From an uncultured virus (IMG/VR IMGVR_UViG_3300031840_000567) (Duplodnaviria > Heunggongvirae > Uroviricota > Caudoviricetes): DNA of 64,000 nt. Each line of letters starts with the position of its first letter. Positions within the stretch are counted from its first letter, which is position 1. The stretch lies in the IMG/VR virus record IMGVR_UViG_3300031840_000567; one strand, given 5' to 3'. The position numbers were made by a program, and so were the translations under genes. Positions 56,359-64,000 of this stretch are shown here, piece after piece. The notes below the pieces were generated by a model. It saw nothing but the letters and a program-made list of their open reading frames with translations. It was not told where the DNA came from and made no database searches.

Positions 56359-58725
56359 TCAAACTCGACCAATAACTTCTTCAAAACTGACTCCCGTGCG
56401 GGTAGCGACGAAGGTCAGACCGATGAAGTTAATCGACCTAGCAGGTTTGATAAAGATGTCAGCAACAAATTCGTTGTTGTCAATTACCGCAGCAGTGTTA
56501 TTTGTTTCATCGCAAATTACGACGAAATCGGTAACACCTCTCTTAGATTGTACATCGCGAAGGAAAGGTTCAACAATGTTCAGGAAGTTGAGTCTCGTAA
56601 TCTCATCGTTGAACTCAAAGAGTTGATCTCTTGCGGCGGCTGAGATTGCTTTCTCTAAGTAAATAAACAGACGACGGACATTGATTCTGTCGAATGCCGA
56701 GGATTTACCAAGAGCTGTCTTATCACCAAAGAGGATAATACCAGCACCAGGCGAGAAAATTACTGGGTTAACTCTTGCAGAGTATAACTTATCCCTCTCA
56801 GCTTGTGAGGGAGTGTACGCTAATTTTACAGCGTTGAGGATTGCACCTCGTGTAGTTCCACCCGGTGAGAACCAGGGGAAGTTATTGATATCATTTCTAG
56901 CGCAAAGGCCAGCAATATCACCATTAAGGGGTACATAACGGAACGCTTTACTGAAGCGATCATACATGTACTTGTAACCACTATCAAGAATAGCGTAAGA
57001 AGATGAGGTTACTGAAGAGTAGAAGGCAGTTATAGCAGAAGTAACAGTATCGGAACTTAGCGTTAGGTCTTCTCCATCTCCAGATGTAGCAAGGAATGCT
57101 TGTCTATGGGGAGAGATGCATGCAACACAATCTTTTCTAATTTCTGCGACTGCAATTAGTTTATTTGCAAGAGCTTGTGATGCCTCTCTACCGTGAGCAG
57201 CAGATCCCATCATCAGGAAATCTAACTCGTATGCATCTTTATTTGCAAGAAGATCGTAACCACTAGAAAGGTCTCCTACGCTTACGCTAAGAGCACCTGT
57301 ACTGTTGATTCCAGCTTTGCCGCCATAGTTAAGACCCATGGCAAATGATGCTTGATAGTTTCCGATGGAAGCGAAAGAAACATTCTCAGTATCTTGATCC
57401 CATGCAACATCAGTCTTAGGATCAAAGTTTGCATCCAGGTCTGTTGTTACAACACCTGCGGGAGCTCCACCGCCAAATGCATACTGACTAGAAACTTCAA
57501 AAAGTTTTCTCCAGTAAGAAGAAGAACCAGCAGAGTATACTGAATCTTTTGCTTTAGATGCTGAGATATACTTCTCAAGAAGTGTACCAGCGTTGCCGGT
57601 GATTTTACCAGCGTCGTCAATCAGAGCAACATGAACTTCATCGTTCTTGGCGTTTCTGGCTGCAGCGAATGCAGAAGTACCGGGTCTATCTGCAAGGGAA
57701 TTCCAAGCAATTGTAGATCCATTGGTAAGAGTAATGGTTTGATTGTCGAACCAATCGGTAGCACCAGTGTAATCGATGTCTCCATCATATGCTGCAGCTG
57801 CAACCCAGCGAGCATCTCCACTAGTAATACCTGCACCAGTCAGAGCTGTGAAGAAATCACTAGATGCAAAACTAGAACCGTAAGAAACTGTTCCTGATAC
57901 CCAACCAAGTTTGGAAGAACCTACAGTGGATTGAACATGTAGTGAGAATGAACCAGTATTCTGGAATTCATAAACTCCACCAGGAGTATATTCAACAGAA
58001 GTTTCTGTTCCAGCAGAACTGACATGTGATACAAGCTTAACTGAAACTTGACCAGAACCAACTTCTGTGATTACACCCTTAAGGTATCCATCAAGCAGTG
58101 AGGTAGCGCCAACACCAGCAACAACTGTTCCAGCAGGTACTGCCTGAGTGACACCCAGACCTACAGTCAGATCAATATCTGAAATACCGTTTTCGTATCC
58201 GGCAACAGCAGCAAGACCGCCATTAGCAGTAGAAGAAAATCCAAGAATAGCACTAGTGTCAACACCAGTGATGATTTGATCTGCAAGACTGTCTAGGATG
58301 GCAACCTTAATTCCATTTGCCCAGGAACCAGGGTTTCTAGCAGCAACAACAACATTAGTAATGTTGTTTTCAGAATATCCTTTGTTGATATAATCGTCTA
58401 CGCTTTTAATCGTGACGCTGCTAGCAGTACCAACAAAGGAGTTCTTGAGCTCTGTATCGTTAGATCTAACAACGCGAAGTACGCCGCCATATGCTAGGTA
58501 CGATGAAGCTGTCAACCAATATTCGTAGTGGTTGCTGTCTTTGTATGGTGAACCGAAGGTCTCTAGAAGATCCGCCTCGGTTTCGATAAGTGTGGGTTTC
58601 TCGACTGGTCCTTTTGCAAAGGGAGCTACGATACCTGCAGCTAGAGTAGAAGTGGGGTCTACTCTACCTTGGGTTAGGTCAACTTCCTTTACGACAATTC
58701 CAGGAGATGCTAGGTTGAGCGGCAT
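56359..58725 (-). CDS. gp18: Tail sheath protein
   Basis: SPGIVVKEVD, PWFSPGG, FDRINVRRLF, IKPARSINF; CTAAATA at 58762-58768. Confidence 0.97.
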   Translation of the reverse strand: MPLNLASPGIVVKEVDLTQGRVDPTSTLAAGIVAPFAKGPVEKPTLIETEADLLETFGSPYKDSNHYEYWLTASSYLAYGGVLRVVRSNDTELKNSFVGTASSVTIKSVDDYINKGYSENNITNVVVAARNPGSWANGIKVAILDSLADQIITGVDTSAILGFSSTANGGLAAVAGYENGISDIDLTVGLGVTQAVPAGTVVAGVGATSLLDGYLKGVITEVGSGQVSVKLVSHVSSAGTETSVEYTPGGVYEFQNTGSFSLHVQSTVGSSKLGWVSGTVSYGSSFASSDFFTALTGAGITSGDARWVAAAAYDGDIDYTGATDWFDNQTITLTNGSTIAWNSLADRPGTSAFAAARNAKNDEVHVALIDDAGKITGNAGTLLEKYISASKAKDSVYSAGSSSYWRKLFEVSSQYAFGGGAPAGVVTTDLDANFDPKTDVAWDQDTENVSFASIGNYQASFAMGLNYGGKAGINSTGALSVSVGDLSSGYDLLANKDAYELDFLMMGSAAHGREASQALANKLIAVAEIRKDCVACISPHRQAFLATSGDGEDLTLSSDTVTSAITAFYSSVTSSSYAILDSGYKYMYDRFSKAFRYVPLNGDIAGLCARNDINNFPWFSPGGTTRGAILNAVKLAYTPSQAERDKLYSARVNPVIFSPGAGIILFGDKTALGKSSAFDRINVRRLFIYLEKAISAAARDQLFEFNDEITRLNFLNIVEPFLRDVQSKRGVTDFVVICDETNNTAAVIDNNEFVADIFIKPARSINFIGLTFVATRTGVSFEEVIGRV

Positions 58726-58807
58726 CTTTAACTCCCAATAGAATCCAATTTTGTCTACTAATATTTAGAGTTTAGACCTTTTTGAGTGGGGAAACCATAC
58801 ATGAACA

Positions 58808-59038
58808 CTACCAATCTGGATAGCACCAATACAATAATTTATCTTTTTGTTTCCTTGTCATAACTACTCTTTCTTTAGTGCATGACTTGCATTCATATGA
58901 ATATGCTGATGGAGAATCTCCTCTATCTTTATGAGTTCTATAAAAATCATTCATCAAATCTTTCATCTTATTGCAAGTCCTACATTTCCTCTCAGAAAGG
59001 TATAGATGACCTAATTCAAATTCATCATCTATTTCCAT
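58808..59038 (-). CDS. Small Zn-finger protein (CxxC...CxxC)
   Basis: CRTC...YECKSC...YPDW; start MEIDDEF overlaps the gp17 stop. Confidence 0.7.
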   Translation of the reverse strand: MEIDDEFELGHLYLSERKCRTCNKMKDLMNDFYRTHKDRGDSPSAYSYECKSCTKERVVMTRKQKDKLLYWCYPDW

Positions 59039-60702
59039 CAGTTGTAATCCCACATGTAAGACATATCACCATATGTTGATGACATCTCCTTATCTACAGT
59101 CCACCTATCTCCACCTTCAACAAATGTCTCATCATCTAATCCATCACTGATAAATCCAAAAGGTGCCATATCTTGTTCGATCTGATCTTTCTGATCTTCA
59201 TAGATTCTCTTGCGGACATCATTGTCCGTCATCTCTCTGAAGTAATCTTGAGCTACTAACCATGCAAAAATAACTAAACACATTGCAAGGTCATCGTGGC
59301 ATCCATCTTCCGCTTCCCACGACTGTTTCTTCTGGATGAATGTCGTCAATTCTGCAATGATATCATAATCACTGGTTACGAGTTTATCTTCTTCTATTAA
59401 TGCCTTTAGATTTGAGCAACCAGTCTTCTTTACAGCAGCGGTCATTCGGACACCCAGTTGGGTTTTCTTACCACTGAAACCTGTACCTACTTGTTGACCT
59501 GCTCTACCTCTCATAGAGCACATCAGCATATTCTCATATTCTAGATCGTATTGTAAAATTGATGAAACCTGTTCTCCAATATCATTAACCTCAACCAATA
59601 CATAAGCATTGTTATAAGCTTTCGCCATATCCAAAATAATATTTGGGAATAGCATGGGCTTAATTTCATTATTCTTATATCTTGCTACAGTTTTATATGG
59701 GAACTCTGAAATATCAAAAATTACAAATGCCGAATAGTCATGATCAATGCCACGCGCAGTGTCAACAGTTACGATATAATCACGATCCTTCTTTGGTTCT
59801 TCATATACCACGAGTCCCTTTCCATTGTTTTGTATTGGGTCGTCAAAAACAAGATTTCTTAATTTAGCAACACTAATAAGAGTATCAACGGATCCAAGGA
59901 ATTCGCATTCAAACTCAACTTTAAACTGTTGGTCTGAGGTGTTGGCAATGGTTTGTGCCTTCCACGCTGCATCCCTACCAGGGACTTCAGACCAGTGAAC
60001 TTCTGTTGCAGTATATTCGTTTTTTCCTCTTTGTGCATCATGCCAGTATCTGTAAAAATGGTTCATGCCGTGAGGCGTTGAAACCATGATTACCTTTGTG
60101 CTTTTACCAGAAGTAATAGTAGGATAAACAGAGGCAAAGAACGACTCTGCAATATGATTTGGAACGAACGCAAACTCATCGAGGAAGATGATGTTAAACG
60201 ACATACCTCTGACAGCACTTGCAGATGTAGATGCTGCCAATATCTTACTGCCATTTTCTAGCTCCATACTACCTTTGTTCCAGGATAGAATACCCTGTTG
60301 CATCCACTTTGGCAAGTTCTCATATGCAGTTTGTAACCTACTTAAAAGCTCTCTTGCTGTTGCTGCTTTGTTGGCAAGTATACCAACATTGACACTATCA
60401 TTAAAAACAATAAAATGTAAAAGATAAGATACGCAAGTTGTAGACTTACCAGTCTGTCTTGGCATCTTACAGATATTAAATCGTTTCTCATGGAAATTGC
60501 GAATTAATTTCTCTTGAAATCCCCACATCTTAAAAGGTACAAGACCTTCATCCAGAGAAACAATTTTTACATAGTTCTTTGCAAAATATACTGGATCATC
60601 TTTACATTTTAAATATTCTTTGACATCTTCTTTGGAAAATTCTACAGAAGTATTTGCTTTTTTTAGGTTAGGATTACCTAAGTAAATTTCATTTGAAGAC
60701 AT
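59038..60702 (-). CDS. gp17: Terminase large subunit
   Basis: RQTGKST Walker A, LDEFAF, STPHG, HDDLAM. Confidence 0.98.
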   Translation of the reverse strand: MSSNEIYLGNPNLKKANTSVEFSKEDVKEYLKCKDDPVYFAKNYVKIVSLDEGLVPFKMWGFQEKLIRNFHEKRFNICKMPRQTGKSTTCVSYLLHFIVFNDSVNVGILANKAATARELLSRLQTAYENLPKWMQQGILSWNKGSMELENGSKILAASTSASAVRGMSFNIIFLDEFAFVPNHIAESFFASVYPTITSGKSTKVIMVSTPHGMNHFYRYWHDAQRGKNEYTATEVHWSEVPGRDAAWKAQTIANTSDQQFKVEFECEFLGSVDTLISVAKLRNLVFDDPIQNNGKGLVVYEEPKKDRDYIVTVDTARGIDHDYSAFVIFDISEFPYKTVARYKNNEIKPMLFPNIILDMAKAYNNAYVLVEVNDIGEQVSSILQYDLEYENMLMCSMRGRAGQQVGTGFSGKKTQLGVRMTAAVKKTGCSNLKALIEEDKLVTSDYDIIAELTTFIQKKQSWEAEDGCHDDLAMCLVIFAWLVAQDYFREMTDNDVRKRIYEDQKDQIEQDMAPFGFISDGLDDETFVEGGDRWTVDKEMSSTYGDMSYMWDYN

Positions 60703-60785
60703 TATTTTCTATAAGGTAGTGGCCAAGTAATGTGCATTGCAAAACATAGCAATGAGACAAAAGAAAATACAAATACTGCGCTCAT
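60702..60785 (-). CDS. 27-aa hydrophobic peptide (not in the ORF track)
   Basis: MSAVFVFSFVSLLCFAMHITWPLPYRK; ATGA overlap upstream and TAATG overlap with gp17. Confidence 0.55.
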   Translation of the reverse strand: MSAVFVFSFVSLLCFAMHITWPLPYRK

Positions 60786-60970
60786 GATCTTGGCTTAGAA
60801 TCGGGACTGGGGATTAATTGATATGCCATTTTGTCTCTTAATTTATTTACACGCTCTTCGTTGTACTGCTTGAAGTTTCCTCGCTTCTCAACTTTCTTGT
60901 AGTAATGTAATGCATTAAGGATGATAGCATAGTCATCCATATCTAATTCAAAATTCATAGTTGATATCAC
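60782..60970 (-). CDS. Small hypothetical protein
   Basis: DDYAIILNALHYYKK...LRDK. Confidence 0.6.
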   Translation of the reverse strand: MISTMNFELDMDDYAIILNALHYYKKVEKRGNFKQYNEERVNKLRDKMAYQLIPSPDSKPRS

Positions 60971-61041
60971 ATGTTAGTTCGCATTTTTCTCCTCCAAACT
61001 CAGAGTCTGGGATAAAGACACTAGATCCACAGACAACACTT

Positions 61042-61500
61042 CTACACCATCGTGCCGTGTGCCCTTCTGATTTCTCTGAGTGCTTCAAGGTCCATGTTTT
61101 TTGTTCCTCCGTCATAAGCATGAGCATAACCCTCCTCAATCATTTGCTCGTTAAGGGACACACTGTCGTCCCCAATGTAAAGCCAACCCAGAAGACGCCC
61201 GTATTTGCCAGTGCCACCAACAAGTTCAGTCCTAACAGACAACTCATCATCACCAGCCAAAGTGCCTTCGAGTTTTTCTTTGAGCCAGTTGGTTGCGTCG
61301 ATTCCAAGTGCCTTCTCCTCTAAGTTTCTGGTCCTCTTCTCTGGCGTATCAACTCCTGCAACTCTAACTCTTTCTTTCTTGTATAGATCAAACCCGAGGT
61401 CGATAGTAACATCAATAGTATCACCATCAAGGACACGATTGATCTCCGTCACTCGGAAGTTGTAGCAACTCTTCCTGCTCGGTGGTGTCATGGCTCCCAT
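61042..61500 (-). CDS. Thermonuclease (SNase-like) family protein
   Basis: VLDGDTID, RVAGVDTPE, GKYGRLL. Confidence 0.88.
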   Translation of the reverse strand: MGAMTPPSRKSCYNFRVTEINRVLDGDTIDVTIDLGFDLYKKERVRVAGVDTPEKRTRNLEEKALGIDATNWLKEKLEGTLAGDDELSVRTELVGGTGKYGRLLGWLYIGDDSVSLNEQMIEEGYAHAYDGGTKNMDLEALREIRRAHGTMV

Positions 61501-61630
61501 TTTCTTTTTCGTCGATTCCTAGTATATAGTAAATGACATAAAGAGCCATACAAACAGAAAGAAATACCATAAAGATCACCGACCATACAGGATCGTTTAC
61601 ATTAGTATGTGGTTGTAATAGTAAATTCAT
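61427..61630 (-). CDS. Small membrane protein
   Basis: DPVWSVIFMVFLSVCMALYVIYYIL hydrophobic helix. Confidence 0.6.
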   Translation of the reverse strand: MNLLLQPHTNVNDPVWSVIFMVFLSVCMALYVIYYILGIDEKENGSHDTTEQEELLQLPSDGDQSCP

Positions 61631-62010
61631 GATTTTAACCACCTAAGTCTAGAAGTATCTTTCCGTTTTTCTTTCATTAGAAATCTATTAACAGAGAGTA
61701 AAGACTTCCCACCATGCTCCTTAATTTTAACACGCTTATTCTTATGATCACCACCAAATAATTTACCATAGGTCATCACTGGTTTAGGATCTTTAAATGT
61801 TTTGGGGTCAGACAGTTCAAGATTTCTCTTCAAAAGTTTTTTAACTCTTGAAGTCTGCTCTACATTTTCTGGGAATTGTTTATTAACATAATCCTTTCCT
61901 AAATTCAATCTATGTTGAAGCATTACATCTTTATCAAAATCAAAGAGAACTTCTATATCCTCAATAGTAATATTTTCTGCTGTTATTTTTTTACCGTTAT
62001 ATTCTATCAT
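61627..62010 (-). CDS. Hypothetical protein
   Basis: 127-aa ORF, basic C-terminus. Confidence 0.6.
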   Translation of the reverse strand: MIEYNGKKITAENITIEDIEVLFDFDKDVMLQHRLNLGKDYVNKQFPENVEQTSRVKKLLKRNLELSDPKTFKDPKPVMTYGKLFGGDHKNKRVKIKEHGGKSLLSVNRFLMKEKRKDTSRLRWLKS

Positions 62011-62011
62011 T

Positions 62012-62959
62012 TTAAACTAGCGGAAGTCCTAAACCTTGAAGTTTGCGACGATTATTAGATCCAGGTTTAGCCCAGTCACTTAATCCCTTTATAATGTTTT
62101 GCTTCATGTAAGCAGGAGTTGCTGGACTTTTATATTCATTAATCATTTCCCAAAGAGTATCAGGACCCATAGCGATTGGTCCTGGATAATAATTTGGATC
62201 GCCAATACCATCCCGACTTATAATCGAAGCGACTCTTTTTGATTGTGATCTTACACCTACATCAGTCATTACTGGATTTCCTTTGGGAATCCCACTCCCA
62301 TCAACTGGAATCAATAATGTATACGGATATAAAACTCTTGATGCATGGGGTGCAACATTACTTGTACCAGGTGGGTAATATGCGGCACCCCCTCTGCACT
62401 GACCAAGCAAACAATCTATACCCGACCACATGTAAATTGTTTTTTGTGTAAAATTTCCTTCTGTGTAAGCTTGAGCAAATTTTCTAGCAAACTCATTATA
62501 ACTTACACCAAAAACATTACTCAATTGATATACATGGTTATACCCATTCTCATTAATATACCCAAGAGAAGTTCCAGTCAATGCCATACTACCAGAAAAT
62601 GCCATAGCATATGGTGTTCCAATATACTTACTGCCGTCACTGGTTTCAATTTGAGGCATTTCTAATCTAGGTTGGGTAACCCCATTAATATCTGTAGTCT
62701 GCAATTGACTAAGATTTGGAAGAACACCCGGAGTACCATCTCCTTGAGCTGCACTATCCCATACAAAAGAACTTAGGTCAGAAAAATCACCAAGAGGTGC
62801 TGGCTCAAATGTTGGTCCAACCTCAAGCACTTCGGGGGATGTATCCACTACAGAATACATACCGGCTGTTACCATCTTCTCTTTAAGAAAAGCAATCTTC
62901 TCATCAATTTTAACAAGTGGTTTTGTGTATTGTATTGCTTTTTGATACCTATTCATCAC
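62012..62959 (-). CDS. Hypothetical late protein, possibly virion-associated
   Basis: CTAAATA at 62978-62984 upstream; Gly/Pro-rich. Confidence 0.6.
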   Translation of the reverse strand: MMNRYQKAIQYTKPLVKIDEKIAFLKEKMVTAGMYSVVDTSPEVLEVGPTFEPAPLGDFSDLSSFVWDSAAQGDGTPGVLPNLSQLQTTDINGVTQPRLEMPQIETSDGSKYIGTPYAMAFSGSMALTGTSLGYINENGYNHVYQLSNVFGVSYNEFARKFAQAYTEGNFTQKTIYMWSGIDCLLGQCRGGAAYYPPGTSNVAPHASRVLYPYTLLIPVDGSGIPKGNPVMTDVGVRSQSKRVASIISRDGIGDPNYYPGPIAMGPDTLWEMINEYKSPATPAYMKQNIIKGLSDWAKPGSNNRRKLQGLGLPLV

Positions 62960-62976
62960 AACAAGTGACTTTATAA

Positions 62977-63156
62977 TTATTTAGATACCCTTCTAGTTTT
63001 ATTGAATGGTTCCCAGTGCTGCCATCCATACCTATGTACTAAATCCATCCCTACAATAGGTACAACAATTAGTGCAAGACTTAATGCACCAACTCCAAAA
63101 GGGTTATTGAGTGTAGCAGCAGCAAAGTGTGCTGCCTTGAGGGCTATATTGGTCAT
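62977..63156 (-). CDS. Small membrane protein (59 aa, not in the ORF track)
   Basis: MTNIALKAAHFAAATLNNPFGVGALSLALIVVPIVGMDLVHRYGWQHWEPF; GGAGG SD, ATGA overlap. Confidence 0.7.
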   Translation of the reverse strand: MTNIALKAAHFAAATLNNPFGVGALSLALIVVPIVGMDLVHRYGWQHWEPFNKTRRVSK

Positions 63157-63362
63157 ACATATCCTCCCCAGGTTTTCCAGAAGTCTAAAAAGTAAAAGTT
63201 AATCTCACTTATAGTTCCATTAGGTGCTTCTTCATTCTCAGTCTCAGACCACTTTTTACAGAATCTAGAAATATCATTTGAAGCCATTACATGATTTACG
63301 CCAAACATTCTAGCGAATGCACTCATAGCAAAATCATAACGCAGTTTAATGTGCTGTTCCAT
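63153..63362 (-). CDS. Conserved hypothetical protein
   Basis: MEQHIKLRYDFAMSAFARMFG...FLDFWKTWGGYV. The longer ORF-track start overlaps the NdhP-like gene. Confidence 0.65.
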   Translation of the reverse strand: MEQHIKLRYDFAMSAFARMFGVNHVMASNDISRFCKKWSETENEEAPNGTISEINFYFLDFWKTWGGYV

Positions 63363-63483
63363 TTCCATCATAATCATCGCTTTCATAATAAAAATTTTCT
63401 CCCCGATAAAATGCGAAGAATACTGTCGATAATACAAATGGAATTGAAATCCACAGTAATATGTTTCCGAATAATCCACTCAT
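63346..63483 (-). CDS. ndhP: NdhP-like small subunit of photosynthetic complex I (NDH-1L), 45 aa, not in the ORF track
   Basis: MSGLFGNILLWISIPFVLSTVFFAFYRGENFYYESDDYDGNGTAH: one TM helix plus a C-terminus matching the NdhP G-FYD-D-Y-GNG(S/T)AH signature; ATGA overlap. Confidence 0.78.
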   Translation of the reverse strand: MSGLFGNILLWISIPFVLSTVFFAFYRGENFYYESDDYDGNGTAH

Positions 63484-63671
63484 AGCTTTAATTCTAACCA
63501 AGGTAACAGTGGTGGTATTATGCCTATAAGTCTAAGGAGACCCTCAGCAAATAAAGCGAGAACAACCCAACCGACACACATAGAAATAATTCCAGCATTA
63601 CGGTTGTGTCTACGAATTGCGTCATCGATCATCCCTTGACATTGTTCTTTTGTTATGTAACTTTTGGACAT
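63480..63671 (-). CDS. Conserved small membrane protein
   Basis: IDDAIRRHNRNA followed by a hydrophobic helix. Confidence 0.7.
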   Translation of the reverse strand: MSKSYITKEQCQGMIDDAIRRHNRNAGIISMCVGWVVLALFAEGLLRLIGIIPPLLPWLELKL

Positions 63672-63995
63672 TTACTCCACATGAATTACGCCTGTCATGC
63701 CTGCACCTTGGTGAGGACCACAGAAATAATTATAGTCACCTTTATCAGCAAATACAACATCTTGTGATTCGCCAGGAGCAAACAGTAGTGCTTCTCTTGA
63801 AAGATCTGCACGACCTTCAACAATAATGTTATGAGGAGGTAGAGCCTCATTAACAAAATGAACTGTGTCACCTGCAGAGATTGTGATCTCATTCGGTTCA
63901 AATACTAGATTACCACCAGCACCCATTGAGACATCAACTGCCCATGCAGGAATAGCAAAAAAGAATGTAACTAGAAAGAAACAAATAGCTCTCAT
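63672..63995 (-). CDS. petE: Plastocyanin
   Basis: Signal peptide ending AWA, LVFEP, PHN, C-x2-H-x4-M copper ligands (CGPHQGAGM). Confidence 0.95.
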   Translation of the reverse strand: MRAICFFLVTFFFAIPAWAVDVSMGAGGNLVFEPNEITISAGDTVHFVNEALPPHNIIVEGRADLSREALLFAPGESQDVVFADKGDYNYFCGPHQGAGMTGVIHVE

Positions 63996-64000
63996 TGAGT

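Noticed and set aside
11832..60702. Introns or inteins in nrdA, nrdB, gp43, gp41, gp17 or gp20
   Set aside because: All are continuous ORFs of ordinary length with no visible splicing or LAGLIDADG motifs.
60948..61139. 63-aa ORF overlapping the thermonuclease
   Set aside because: About 98 nt overlap and no convincing start. The Cys-rich tail might be a remnant but cannot be supported.
62005..62020. Possible frameshift fusing 62012-62959 with 61627-62010 at GTTTAAAATG
   Set aside because: The slippery heptamer is not in the required frame and the downstream ORF has its own ATG.
63153..63479. 108-aa ORF as called in the track
   Set aside because: Its N-terminal part is an off-frame read of the NdhP-like gene; the likely start is 63362.
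1090..63826. Numerous plus-strand ORFs in the track (e.g. 10010-10411, 41010-41489, 50304-50825, 56323-56643)
   Set aside because: They lie antisense to well-supported minus-strand genes, lack recognisable motifs and look like codon-bias shadows.

Overview
This window is a 64-kb segment of a T4-like marine cyanomyophage (Kyanoviridae-type). Essentially all real genes lie on the minus strand. Read in transcription order (right to left), it opens with a photosynthesis-related accessory block (plastocyanin, a short NdhP-like gene missed by the ORF track, and small membrane peptides) and a thermonuclease. Next come the head/tail module (gp17-18-19-20-21-22-23, gp3) and uvsY-uvsW-gp55-gp47-gp46. 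The replication module follows (vWA/CobS pair, gp45, gp44, dam, gp62, regA, hsp20, gp43, uvsX, gp41, mazG). After that are late virion-type genes, primase, nrdAB, a methyltransferase/2OG-Fe(II) oxygenase island with tRNA-Arg(TCT) and tRNA-Val(TAC), and a GDP-deoxysugar/fucosyltransferase cluster cut by the left edge. Ten putative 2OG-Fe(II) oxygenases are scattered through the window. The most unusual locus is regA-hsp20, where a ParB/Srx-like gene sits behind its own sigma70 promoter and a densely structured, possibly pseudoknotted leader. Two putative late-promoter small RNAs (after regA and after nrdB) start with a sequence complementary to that leader's loop. All protein calls come from motif recognition and synteny by eye; no database searches were run.
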